Source: the human T2T-CHM13v2.0 reference genome, Homo sapiens
Length of the DNA stretch: 64,000 nt
Direction: 5' to 3' (one strand)
Assembly: GCF_009914755.1 (NCBI RefSeq)
Contig: NC_060930.1
Every line of letters begins with the position of its first letter. Positions within the stretch are counted from its first letter, which is position 1. The position numbers and the translations under genes are program-made. The notes below the pieces were generated by a model. The model searched no databases, was not told the DNA's origin, and saw only the letters and a list, made by a program, of their open reading frames with translations. Below, one piece after another: positions 1 through 15,753 of the stretch.

Positions 1-390
1 AGCCACTTGCTGTTCATGCCAATTAATTTGGTGTCTCCTTATAAGAGAATATCTATTTTTCTATTCTCTAGAACAGAAAGAAATGAGTCAAAATTATAGA
101 AAAGTATCATTAAATTATTGATTCAAATTAGATGGAAACTAGTGGTTGGATGAAGCACAGTCTCTGTTTTTATTCCACTGAAATCACCATCTGAAGAGTA
201 ATTCACTTAGCTTTTCTGGATGTGAATTTTGCATCTAATTCATAGTGGGAGCCCATAACAATGTTGCAACGCTTAAAATAAAAAAGTTGACAAAGGCTAT
301 ATTAAATGACTTTATAGTGAAAATTGATGATGGGGAAGTAACTACGGCCCTCAAACCCCTTCAGAATTGGATGATCTCTCTGCTGTCTGG

Positions 391-612
391 CAGGGGTTGG
401 CAAACTTTTTCTGTAAAGGGCCAGATAGTAAATATTTTAGGTTTTGTGGGCCAAATGTTCTCTGTTGTAACTATTCAACTCTCCATTGTGATGTAATGTC
501 TATGAATGGACAGTGTATAAGCTAAGGGGGATAGCTGCATTTCAATAAAACTTTATTTACAAAAACAGGTGGCAAGGGAATTTGGTTAATTAATGAGCTA
601 TAGTTTGCCTGC
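391..612 (+). mobile_element. MER58A-type hAT-Charlie DNA transposon fossil
   Basis: Starts CAGGGGTTGGCAAACTTTTTCTGTAAAGGGCCAGATAGTAAATATTTTAGG, has internal CAATAAAACTTTATTTACAAAAACAGG and ends TAGTTTGCC, matching the recalled MER58A consensus. Confidence 0.85.
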
Positions 613-1083
613 TTTATGTTGTAGAACTATGGGGTTTTATGTTCTTGTTTAAAGTTTTCACTATATTCAAAACTGTTTTCAAAGAGAAATTTTGGTTTGA
701 CCATCTACCTCCCTGAAGATTATGGGTAGGCTCTCTTTTTAGACAAGAAGCTTTGATTTTTGAAACAGATCATTGCCACCTACATACCAGTTATCTAAAA
801 CACGAAGCTCTCCATTTTATCAACAACACAGAAAAACTACATTCTAGGCTCCCCATATAACTTCAACCACTATAAATGACAGCATAGCTACTTGTAAAGG
901 CCTGGCTGATGCAGAGAGATAAGAAAGATAACTTAAGGTGCATAATAATTCATTACTCTAGATTTTTAAATGTTCAGACTTGTATCAAGCCACATGATTA
1001 AGAATATGTATACATGTACTACATTACCTTCCCTCCTCTAGAAGTGTCCTTGCAGAATTGCAGTTTCACACCACTCCATCATC

Positions 1084-1440
<357 letters not shown>

Positions 1441-1762
1441 TGAAAAACTATGGTTGAATACACTTTTCATTAGATTGTTTTACGTCATTTAGGAAGTAAA
1501 GCTCTGTGTGACCCTTAGCATTTAGTGGGACAATGGAATTGTATCTCTTGTGCTTCCTGTTGTTTACCAAGGAGTGCAATGTAACTCCTCTTATGCTACC
1601 CCTTGTATATATATTTTAAGCTCTGTTTCCAAAAAGTGAAACTAAGTATATGTTCAATTGCACAGCTTGTATTCAGCCTAGGTTTAGAAGCCCCAAGCAG
1701 AAGTAATGGTCAACATTCATTTCTATAGCACGCACTGGCTGGCCTCTGGTCCTCAGGCAGAA

Positions 1763-2193
<431 letters not shown>

Positions 2194-2209
2194 CCTCAGG
2201 GAGAATTTT

Positions 2210-2373
2210 GTAAAATTTTAGTTTTAGTTTTAGTTTTAATTTTTGTAGGTACATGGTAGGTGTATATATTTATGGGGCACATGAAATATTTTGATACAGG
2301 CATACAATGCATAATAATCACATCAGAGTATATGGGGTATTCATCACCTCAAGCATTTATCCCTTGTGTTACA
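2210..2373 (-). mobile_element. L1MA-type (about L1MA1-3) 3' end
   Basis: TTTTGTAGGTACATGGTAGGTGTATATATTTATGGGGCACATGAAATATTTTGATACAGGCATACAATG...CATCACCTCAAGCATTTATC matches the L1MA 3'UTR terminus. Confidence 0.85.
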
Positions 2374-2909
2374 GAGATAAAGAAAATAAGTTTCATTGAT
2401 CCTTTACTGATTTTTTTTTTTAATCCAGGCTAAAATGAGTATGGTTATGCTCAGCATCAAGATCTTTGAGGCCTTGACTTCCCATAGCCAGTGCTCTGGG
2501 CAGGCAGAAGTTACTTCCTAAAGAAGACATTTTTGGGGATCTTGTTTGCCAGTACCATGTTGTTTTAGTTACTATAGCTGTGTAGTATAATTTGAAGTCA
2601 AGTAATTTGATTCCTCCAGTTTCATTCATTTTTCTTAGTATAGGTTTGTCTATTGTGGGTCTTTTGTGATTCCATATAAATTTTTTGATTGTTTTCTTCT
2701 ATTTCTGTGAAAAATGTCATTGGTATTCTGATAGGGATTGCATTATATCTGTGGAGTGCTTTGGATAGTATGGACATTTAAACTTATTGATTCTTCTAAT
2801 CCATGAACGTGGAACATCTTTCCATTTTTTTATGTCTTCTTCAATTTCTTTCATCAATCTTTTACGTTGTAGAGATCTTTCATTTCTTTGGTTAATCCCT
2901 AGGTGTTTC

Positions 2910-3239
<330 letters not shown>

Positions 3240-3376
3240 TGAGATTACTTTCTTGATTACCTTTTCAGATTATTTACTATTGGCCTATAGAAATGGTACT
3301 AATTTTAGTATGTTGATTTTGTATCCTGAATACTGAATTTGTTTATCAGTTCTAATAGTTTTTTTGTGGAGTCTTT

Positions 3377-4179
3377 TTTTTTTTTACTTTTAAGTTCAGG
3401 GGTACATGTGCAGGCTTATTACACAGGTAAACTTGTGTTGTGGAGGTTTTTGTACAGATTTTTTCATCATCCAGGTATTAAGCCTAGTACCCATTAGTTA
3501 GTTTTCCTGATCCTCTCCCTCCTCCCACTCTCTACCCTCTGAAAGGCCCTACTGTGTGTTCTTCCCCTCTACGTGTCCATGTGTTCTCATTATTTAGCTC
3601 CTACTTATAAGTGAGAACATGCAGTATTTGGTTTTCTGTTCCTGTGTTAGTTTGCTAGGGATAATGGCCTCCAGCTCCATCCATGTTCCTGCAAAGGACA
3701 TGATCTCATTCTTTTTCATGACTGATAGTATTCCATGTTGTATATGTACCACATTTTCTTTATCTAGTCTACTATTGATGGGCCTTTAGGTTGATTCCAT
3801 TTGCTATTGTGAATAGTGCTGCAATGAACATATGTGTGCATGTGTCTTTATAATAGAATGACTTACATTCCTTTGAGTATATACCCAGTAATGGGATTGC
3901 TGGGTGGAATGATATTTCTGTCTTTAGGTCTTTGAGGAATTGCCAACCTGTCTTTCACCATTGCTTAACTAATTTACACTCCCACTAACAGTGTATAAAT
4001 GTTTCTTTTTCTCCACAACTTTGCCAGCATCTGTTGTTTTTTGACTTTTTAATAGTAGCCATTCTAACTGGTATTAGATGGTATCTCATTGTGATTTTGA
4101 TTTGCATTTTTCTAATGATCAATGATGTTGAGCTTTTTTTCATATGATTGTTGGCCACATGTATGTCTTTTAAAAAGTG
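3377..4179 (-). mobile_element. 5'-truncated L1PA (older L1PA13-16 class) 3' end nested in the L1MA
   Basis: TTTTAAGTTCAGGGGTACATGTGCAGG...AAGCCTAGTACCCATTAG; TSD TTTGTGGAGTCTTT (3363-3376 / 4180-4193). Confidence 0.9.
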
Positions 4180-4197
4180 TTTGTGGAGTCTTTAGTT

Positions 4198-4408
4198 CAA
4201 GCTTGTCCAACTTGCAGCCAGTGGGCCACATGTGACTCAAAAGACAGCTTTCAATATGGCCCAATACAAATTTGTAATTTTTATTAAAACATGAGATTTT
4301 TTTGAAATTTTTTTGTTTTAGCTCATCTACTGTTAGTGTTTTTTATGTGTGGCCCAAGACAATTCTTCTTCCATTGTGGCCCAGGGAAGACAAAATATTG
4401 GACACCTG
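4198..4408 (-). mobile_element. MER30 hAT-Charlie MITE
   Basis: Termini CAAGCTTGTCCAA ... TTGGACACCTG; internal GTGTGGCCCAAGACAATTCTTCTTCCA; 8-bp TSD CTTTAGTT / CTTTAGGT. Confidence 0.9.
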
Positions 4409-5617
4409 CTTTAGGTTTTTCCAAATATAAGATCATATCACTTTCAAAGAAAGGTTATTTGAATTCTTCCTTTCCAAACTGGATGCCTTTTATCTCTCTT
4501 CTCTGATTGCACTAGCCAGGACTGCCAGTACTATATTGAATAACAGTGGTGAAAATGGGCATCCTTGTCATGTTCCTGATCTTAGAGGAAAGACTTTCAG
4601 TTTTTCCCCATTTAGCATGATACTAGGGTTGGGTCTGTCATATGTGGCTTTTATTATGTTGAAGTTTGTTTCTTCTGTACTCAGGTTTCTGTGGGTTTTT
4701 ATCATAAATGGATGGTGAATTTTATTAAATGCTTTTTCCAGCATCAGTTGAAATGATCATATGGTTTTTGTCCTTCATTCTGTTGATATGATGTATCATA
4801 CTGATTCATTTGCATATGTTGATCCATCCTTGCATTCCAGGGATACATCCCACCTGGTCATAATGAATGATCTTTTTAATGTGTTGTTGAGTTCAGTTTG
4901 CTAGTGTTTTTTTGAGTATTTTTGTATCAAGTGTTTTGTTGAGGATTTTTGTATCAATGTTCATCAGGGATATTGACCTGTCGTTTTCTTTTCTTGATGT
5001 GTCTTTGTTTGGTTTTGGTATCAGAGTAAAAACAGCCTCATAGAATGAGTTTGGTAGTATTTTTTCTTCTTTTATTTTTTGGAATAGTTTGAGTAGAATT
5101 GGTATTAGTTCTTCTTTAAATGTCTGCAAAAATTCAACAGTGAAGCCATCAGGTCATAGGCTTTTCTTTCCTGAGAGACATTTTATTATGGCTTCGATCT
5201 TATTACTTGTTATTGGTCTGTTCAGGATTTGGATTTCTTCCTGGTTCAATCTTGGTAGATTGTGTGTGTCTAGGAATTTTCCATTTCTTCTAGGTTTTCC
5301 AATTCATTGGCATGTAGTTACTCATAGTAGCTTCTAACGATCCTTTGAATTTCTGCAGCATTAGTTGTAATGTCTCCTTTTTCATCTCTGATTTAATTTG
5401 TTTGAGTCTTTTCTATTTGTTTCTTAATTAGTTAGGCTAAATGTTTGTTGATTTTTGTTTATCTTTTCAAAAACCCACTTTTTATTTCATTGATGTTTTG
5501 TATTTTTTTCATTTCAGTTTCATTTATTTCTGCTCTAATCTTTATTATTTCTTTTCTTCTACTAATTTTGGGTTTTGTTTGCTCTTGCTTTTCTAGTTCT
5601 TTAAGATGCATCATTAG

Positions 5618-5916
5618 GGCTGGGTATGGTGGCTCAAGCCTGTAATCCCAGCACTTTGGGAGGCCAAGGTGGGTGGATCACGAGGTCAGGAGATGGAGAC
5701 CATCCTGGCTAACACAGTGAAACCCCGTCTCTGCTAAAAATACAAAAAAAAAAAATTAGCCGGGCGTGGTGGCGGGCACCTGTAGTCCCAGTTACTCAGG
5801 AGGTTGAGGCAGGAGAATGGAGTGAACCTGGGAGGCGGAGCTTGCAGCGAGCCTAGATTGCGCCACTGCACTCCAGCCTGGGTGACAGCAAAAATTCATC
5901 TCAAAAAAAAAAAAAA
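5618..5916 (+). mobile_element. AluY
   Basis: GGAGAATGG..GAACC..GGAGCTTGCAG (Y states); TSD AAGATGCATCATTAG (5603-5617 / 5917-5931). Confidence 0.95.
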
Positions 5917-6267
5917 AAGATGCATCATTAGGTTGTTTACTTACAGTTTTTCTACTTTTTCATAGAGGTCCTTATTGCTATAAACTTTTCTGTTATTAGT
6001 GCTTTCATTGTATCCTATAGACTTTGATATGTTGGGTTTCCATTTTCATTTATTTCAAGAAATTTTTAACTTTTCTCCTTAATTTCTTCATTGACCCACT
6101 GGTCATTCTGGAGCATACTGTTTAATTTCCATGTGTTTTAGTTTCCAAAATTCCTGTTGCTATTGAGTTCCAGTTTTATTCCATTGTGATCACAGAAGTT
6201 ACTTAATATTGTTTCAATTTTTTTGAATTTTTAAAGACTGGTTTTGCGGCCTAACATATATATGGTT

Positions 6268-6268
6268 C

Positions 6269-6307
<39 letters not shown>

Positions 6308-6355
6308 ATCTATCATCTATCTACCTACCTACTTATCTATCTCTATCTATATCCA
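6268..6355. repeat. Compound (TATC)n/(TACC)n tetranucleotide microsatellite
   Basis: ATCTATCTATCT... perfect run, then interrupted units. Confidence 0.95.
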
Positions 6356-6843
6356 TAACATATATATGGTTTATCCATATATAGGATAATCCGTGTGCTG
6401 AGGAGAAGAAAGTGTATTCTACAGCCATTGGATGAAATGTGAATATCTATTACATCCATTTGGTCTATAGTGCAGATTAAGTACAATGTTTCTTTGTTGA
6501 TTTTCTGTCTGGATGATCTGTCTAATGCTGGAAGTGGTATGCTGAAGTCTCCAGCTATTATTGCACTGGGGTCTATCTATCTCTCTCTTTAGCTCTAATA
6601 ATATTTGCTTTATACATCTGCATGCTCTAGTGTTTCGTGCATATGTATTTACAATTGTTATATCCTCTTGCTGAATCGGCCTCTTTATCATTATATAGTT
6701 TTGTGTGTGTGCATGTCTCTTTTTATAGTGTTTGTCTTGAAATCTATTTTGTCTGATGTAAGTATAGCTATTCCTGGTCTTTTTTGGTTTCTGTTTGCAT
6801 GAAATATCATTTTCCATCTTTTTATTTTCAGTCTATCTGTGAC

Positions 6844-7148
6844 TTTGTTTATTTATTTATTTTTTTTGAGACAGAGTCTTGCTCTGTCGCCCAGGCTGGA
6901 GTGCAGTGGCCTGATCTCAGCTCACTGCAAGCTCTGCCTCCCGGGTTCATGCCATTCTCCTGCCTCAGCCTCCTGAGTAGCTGGTACTATAGGCACCTGC
7001 CACCAAACCCAGCTAATTTTTTGTATTTTCAGTAGAGACGGGGTGTCACTGTGTTAGCCAGGATGGTCTCGGTCTCCTGACATTGTGATCCTCCCACCTC
7101 AGCCTCCCAAAGTGCTGGGATTACAGGAATGAGCCACCGCGCCCGGCC
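6844..7148 (-). mobile_element. AluY-type SINE
   Basis: GCAAGCTC..GTTCATGCCATTCTCC..GTTAGCCAGGATGG. Confidence 0.93.
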
Positions 7149-9307
7149 TATGTGTGTCCTTTTAGGTGAAGTGTGTTTCTGATAGGCAACAGATCATTAG
7201 GTCTTTTTTTTTTTTTTTTTTTTTAATCTATGCAGCCACTCTGTGTCTTTTGATTGGAGAGTTTAGCCCATTTACAGTCAATGTTATTATTGATAAGTAA
7301 GGACTTATCTTCTGTCATTTTGTTATTTGTTTTCTGGGTGTTTTTTGGTCTCCTCTTTCTTCTTTCCTTCCTTAATATCTTCTTTTTAGTGAAGGTGATT
7401 TTCTCTGGTAGTATATTTTGATGTTTGCATCCATTGTATGTTTTTGATTGGAGGCTATGATATTGTATTATATGTATTGTATGATATTTTGATGAGGCTT
7501 GCAAATAATATCTTATAACCCATTATTTTAAACTGATGACAACTTAACACTGACTTTGTAAACTAACAAACAAGCAAAGAGAAAAGTGATAAAAATGCTG
7601 TAATTTAACTTCATCTCCTCAATTTTTAACCTCCTGTTATTTCTATCTTCCTGTATTGTGAATACTTGAAAAACTGTAGCTATCATTTTTGATAGGGTCA
7701 TCTTTTAGTGTTTCTACTCAGGATATAGTAGTTCACATTCCACAATTACAGTGTTATAATATTCTGTTTTTTTTCTGGTACTTACTATTACCAATAAGTT
7801 TTGTACCTTTAGATGATTTCTTATTGCTCATTAAAATGCTTTTCTTTCAAACTGAGGAACTCCCTTTAGCATTTCTTGTAGGACAGATCCCAAGTTGATG
7901 AAACCCCTCAGCTTTTATTTGTCTGGGAAATGCTTTATTTCCCCTTTAAGTTTGAAGGATATTCTCACTGGATATACTATTCTAGGGTAAAAGATTTTCT
8001 CCTTCAGCATGTTAAATATATTGTGACACTCCCTCCTGGCCTGTAAGGTTTCTACTGAGAAGTCTGCAGCTAGATGTGTTAGAACTTCTTTGTATATTGT
8101 TTTTTTTCTCTTGCTGCTTTCAGGATCCTTTCTTTATCCTTGATCTTTGGGAGTTTGATTATTAAATACATTGATGTAGTCCTATTTTGGTTAAACCTGC
8201 TTGGTGTTCTATAACCTTCTTGTACTGCAACTTTGATAACTTTCTCTAGATTTGGGAAATTCTTTGTTATTATCCCTTTCTTTCCCAATCTGTCTCTCTG
8301 CCTCCTCTTTAGGACCAATAACTCTTAGATTTGTCTTTTTGAGGCTGTTTTCTAGATCTCGTTTGTGTGCTTCATTCTTTTTTTCTGCTTTTTGCTTTTG
8401 TCTGCTCTGACTGTATTTTCAAATAAACTGTCTTCAAGCTTACTAATTCTTTCTTCTGCTTGATCAATTTTGCCGTTAAGGGACTGATGCATTCATGTCA
8501 GTTGCATTTTTCAACTCCAGAATTTCAGTTTGATTCTTTTAAATTACTTCAATCCCTTTGTTACATTTATCTAATAGAATTCTGAATTCCTTCTTGGTGT
8601 TATCTTGGATTTCGTTGAGCTACTCAAAATAGCTATTTTGAATTCTCTGTTGAAAGGTCACATATCTGTCTCTTCGGGATTGGTCTCTGGCAGCTTATTG
8701 AGTTCATTTGGTGAGGTCATGTTTTCCTGGATGGTCTTGATGCTTGTAGATGTTTGTCAGTGTCTGGGCATTGAAGAGTTAGGTATTTATTGTAGTCTTT
8801 GCAGTCTGGGCTTGTTTTTAACCATCATGCTGGGGAAGGCTTTCCAGGTATTTGAATAGATTTAGGTGTTGTGATCTATGTCTTTGGTTGCTGCAGCCAT
8901 ATCTGCGTTAGGGGACACTCCAAGCCCAGTGATGCTGTGGCTTTTGCCAACTTGTAGAGGTACCACATTGGTGGTCTTGGGTAAGACCTGGAAGGATTCC
9001 CTGGATTACTAGGAAGAGACTCTTGTTTTCTTCCCTCACTTTCCTCTAAACAAACAGAATCTCTCTCTCTGTAGCTGTGTTGCCTATAGCTGGGGGAAGG
9101 ATAAAACAGGCACCCCTGTAGCACTGGGTCAGACCCGAAGCTAGTACAGCACTGAGTCTCACCCATGGCCCATGGTGACCAACACCTGGGTACCGCCTAT
9201 GTTCACTCAAGGCCCAAGGACTCTACAATCAGCAGGGGGCAAATCCTGCTGGGCTTGTATCCTTCCCTCAGGGCAGTGTGTTTCCCCCAGCCCTAGGTGG
9301 GTCCAGG

Positions 9308-10422
<1,115 letters not shown>

Positions 10423-11502
10423 CCCCTCCACACTTTTTAAGTAGAGGAGTCTCTCTCCATGGCCACCGCTACCCCTAGCCTGTGGCAAGTATTCCCTGGC
10501 TACCACCCATGTTCACTCAAGGGTCAAGGCCTCTTCAGTGAGCTTGTGAATCCTGCCAGTCCTGAGTCTCTGCCTTTAGTGTAGTGGGCTCCCTTCTGGC
10601 CCAGGGAAGGTCCAGAAATGCCCTCCAGGAGCCAAAGCCTGGAATTGAGGACTCCAGGAGCCCACTTGGTGCACTGTCCTACTGTGGCCACGCTAGTACC
10701 TAAGCTGCAAGATGAAGTTCATTTTACTCTTCCTTTTCCTTCCCTCCAGAAGAATTCTCTCCCTATAGCTACCACAGCTGGAAATGGTTCTGGCCCAACA
10801 TGTGTTTAGAAATGTCATCCAGGGGCTAGTGCCTGGAATGAGGGTCTCAGGACCCTGTCTGCTATCCTATTGTACTGTCACTGAGCTGGTACCCGAGCTG
10901 AAAGACCAAGTCTCCTTTACTCTTATTTCAAACTGAGGGAAGGAGTCTCTTTCAGAGCTGCAAGCTGCACTGCCTATGGTTGGGGGAGAGGTGGTGCAAA
11001 CACTTCCTTCCCACTCCCAGCTGGTGTCTCACTAGGTCATGTGCCCCCCAAGTCCACTGGCTATGAGCCCAGAAGAGCACCAGGACTTGCCCAGGAATTG
11101 CTGTCTTTGTGGCCTAGAGTACCTTTCAAGTTTATTTAGATCCCCAGAGCACTTTAGCCTGCAGTGAGTGGGGGGTCTGCCGGAACTCAGATTCCAACTG
11201 CTATGATGAATGATTTGCCTGTGGCTCGGGCTGGTCTAAACACTCCCTCCATGGTCACGGGCTGAGTTCTGCCCTGTGTTGTTTTCCACTGCAACAAGCC
11301 AGCACTGAGTTCCAACGCAAAGTCCCACAATCACTGTGCTCTTCCTTCCCCAAGCACACAGATGCTGTCTGTGTGCCATGCAGCCACTGCCAGGGGATGG
11401 AGGAAGGGTGGTGTCAACAGTTCTGGACTGTCTTTCCTACTCTCTTCTGTGCCTCTTTCCTTAATATGATGTTAAAACCCAGTACTGTGATTGCTTACCT
11501 GA

Positions 11503-11805
<303 letters not shown>

Positions 11806-12759
11806 GAGTTTTGGTTCTAAGGAAAGCGCTTTTTTGTTTGGATAGCTGTGCAGTTTGATGTTCCTGTAAGGAAGAGGGACAATGAGCACTGGAGACTTCC
11901 ATTCTGTCATCTTGCTCCCAGGCAGGTTTATGATCCAGTCAGAGCAAGGCTCTATCTCCTCCTTTTCATGCTTGATCTCTTCATCCTTTTTTGGTTTGGC
12001 TGGATCTGACTGTACTTGTATTTTAATACAGAATATCATAGGGGTATAAATAACAAATGAATAACAAAAAATAACAAAATTTGGGTTTATTGAAAATGTT
12101 AAAGACCACAAAAAGTCATTTTCATCTGTGTTTGAAAGTAGAACAAGGAAGTGATTCCAAACTGCTTGGGGCAGATGGTGTAATAATAACAGATAACAGA
12201 ACTGGTAAATTCATATTCTGTTTTCACGTTCAGCAGCAAGGAAAGTGGTCTGCTGGCTGGAAGGAAAAGAAAATTATACCTTGAATTAATTTTGGGGGGT
12301 GCTTTGGGTTTGGGGGACTTTTTTTTTTCACTTCGTCTCATTTATTTTTGCCCTGTGAGGTAGTCACAGTAGTTATCCTACTTTACTGGGGTGGAAATTG
12401 TGACTTAGCATTAAATGACTTGTCCACATTCACAAACAATGTAAAGAGGGAGTTGACTGCAAGTCTACATAGATAAGTGGACAGTAAGACAAAGCCTGGT
12501 CACTTTAAATGAGAACACAGGACAGGCGCAAGTTATGCCAGGCTGCTGAGAAAACTGGAATGTTGGGCAAATAGTAGATGCTCAGAATATTCATTTTGAA
12601 TGAGTGAATATGAACTGAGGATTAATATCAGTAACTACTGAGATCTTTCAGAGACCAAGAGATGAATGAATAAGGGAAATGTCAATTAATTTTTCACAAA
12701 AAGGAAGCAGATTCCATAATTCACAAACAGATCAGCTATTCTCAGATGGTGAACCTAGA

Positions 12760-14230
12760 AAAAGTCAAGAATGGATTTTTAAGCTAATGGTTCATGACTG
12801 TTAACAAAGGAATGTGGTGGTTACTGGGAGTGAACATAGGTTCACAGGGAATGTCATGTTATGCTAGCTTAATTTATTTTATTGTTTTTGAAATAGAGCT
12901 ACTTCATAAGATCAGAGGATTGACTAGGATAACTTAATTTTCATAATATCATAAAAATTGCAACCACTGTTGAACGTTTACTCTATGCTAGGCTCTGCTT
13001 TATTTACCCCTCACAATAGTTCCAGTAGGTAAGTACTTTGTTTATCTCCCTTTTTAAAGATAAGAAACAGAGAATCAGTAAGATCAAGTAATTTACACGA
13101 ATTACTTGCCAGTGAGTGGCTGAGCCGGAATTGAGGCTAAATTTGTCCGACTCAAAGCAGTTGATGGTAACTACTACACCATATCGTGTTGACACACAGC
13201 CAGGCTGATGAGATCTTTGAGGTTAAGGTAAACTGAATATACCAATAGGGTCATAATACCTTTAGATAGATTCACAACAGGTTGTAAACAAACCTAAAGC
13301 ACATTGATTAATATTTTGGTCTTAATTTGCCTGGCATTTGAATTAATGAGTTGGCTAAAGACATAGAAAACACACTTGTCACTTTTACAGTTGACAAAAA
13401 TCAAGAAGAAAAGCCAATCCTATCAATCCTATTAACTAACACTTGCATAGTGTTTCTCATATTAAAGAATAGTTTTGCCTAGATTGTCATGTTTGATTCT
13501 CACAACTATACAGAACAGACTTATTGCTAGATCCCAACTCTCCTTTATTTTTACAGTGGGCAGAACTGAGGTTCAGGAAAATCAAGTGACTCAGTCAGAG
13601 TCATACGGTGAATAATCTGAGGACTTCTCTTTTCTGTCACAGTGCAATAGATATGGAGTCATGATTTGAAAAAGTATCAAGACATGCAGATGGAAGATCG
13701 AAACCAGTAAGATGAAATACGAAGGTGGTGAATGTAAAGTCTAACGCTGAAGTAAAAATATGTTCATTTGAATGTTTAATGGAAGCCAGCATTTCATTAT
13801 GATTACAAATAATGCTGACTGAATCTTGGGCTGGATTAATGGAAGCATAACATCTACATCACAATAAACAACACTCCCACTGAACATGGAAATGTTCAAA
13901 ACCTACATGCAACCCATATTCTCTAGGCCTAGCAGTTAGTGAAAACTCGGACTAAGTAGAGAGTACCCAGAGGCAAATAAATATTGCAGGGACTGTGGGG
14001 TACATAGAGAGTGAAAGGCAATGAGGAAATAAATAAACATTCAAGTTTTCTTCAAAATTTTAAGAATGATCACACGGAAGAGAAAAAATATTTGTTCTGT
14101 GTTGTTCTACGTCCAGTAGGTGTAAGTATCAGATTTTAATTTGAGATAAAAGCCAATTCCAGCAATTGAGCAGCTGCCAATGGAATGAGTCTTGTGAAGT
14201 TTTAATACCCTATCATGGGAAAAATTCTCT
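12760..14230 (+). mobile_element. Ancient L3/CR1 LINE fragments interrupted by MIR copies (about 12950-13190 and 13440-13640)
   Basis: Degenerate similarity to recalled L3 motifs (GTGGTTACTGGGAGTGAACATAGGTTCAC; AAGATGAAAT..AATGTAAAGTC; ATCTTGGGCTGGATTAATGGAAGCATA); MIR cores AGATAAGAAACAGAG and CAGAACTGAGGTTCAG. Confidence 0.55.
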
Positions 14231-14892
14231 CAGAGGCTATTTGGTCTTTCTTTCTCTTAGAAGTGAGGTGAAAAGTAAAATTACAATGAGTTATTATGGC
14301 TTGTCCAATCTAATATTATGTAGTCGTTTAAAACCTTGCTCCAAGAAGACAAAGATCAGTCTCATTTTGATTTTCACTTAGCTCCAAGCAGGCTGAGTAT
14401 AGTAGATGCTCAAAAAATATTGAAATAAGTCTTCAAAAGGGAGAGGAAATTACCAAGGGCTGGTAGTGAAATATCTCCCAGCACACATCATGCCTGGCAC
14501 AATTAACACTTCCCAGACCCTTTTGCAGCGGGAGGCAGCAATGAGAGGTTCTAGTCTAGAGCATCTGCACTCACTATGCTGTTCGCTCAGACCACGCTTC
14601 CACTTGGATTTTCACGAGGTCCAGCCTCTGGCTTTATTCAGGTCTGCTCAAAAGGCATTTCAGAGAGGATCTTAAGTAGCAACCCCTTAAACTCTGTCAC
14701 TGCTCTGGTACTTTCGGGCATTTTTCACTGCCTCTGAAACACACAGAAATACACACATACATTCAATGTCTCCTGACATTTGAATTTAAGTTTTTTGGCA
14801 GCAGGGAATTTCTTTTGTTCCTGCATGTTATGATTTGAATTGCATTCCCCTGAAATTCATAGGTTGAGGTCAAAATCCTCAATACCTTAGAA

Positions 14893-15753
<861 letters not shown>

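Noticed and set aside
264-283. TTGCAACGCTTAAAATAAAA resembles TTGCACGCGCTTAAAAATAAAA at 30632-30653
   Set aside because: Short, A-rich, gapped match 30 kb apart; compatible with chance
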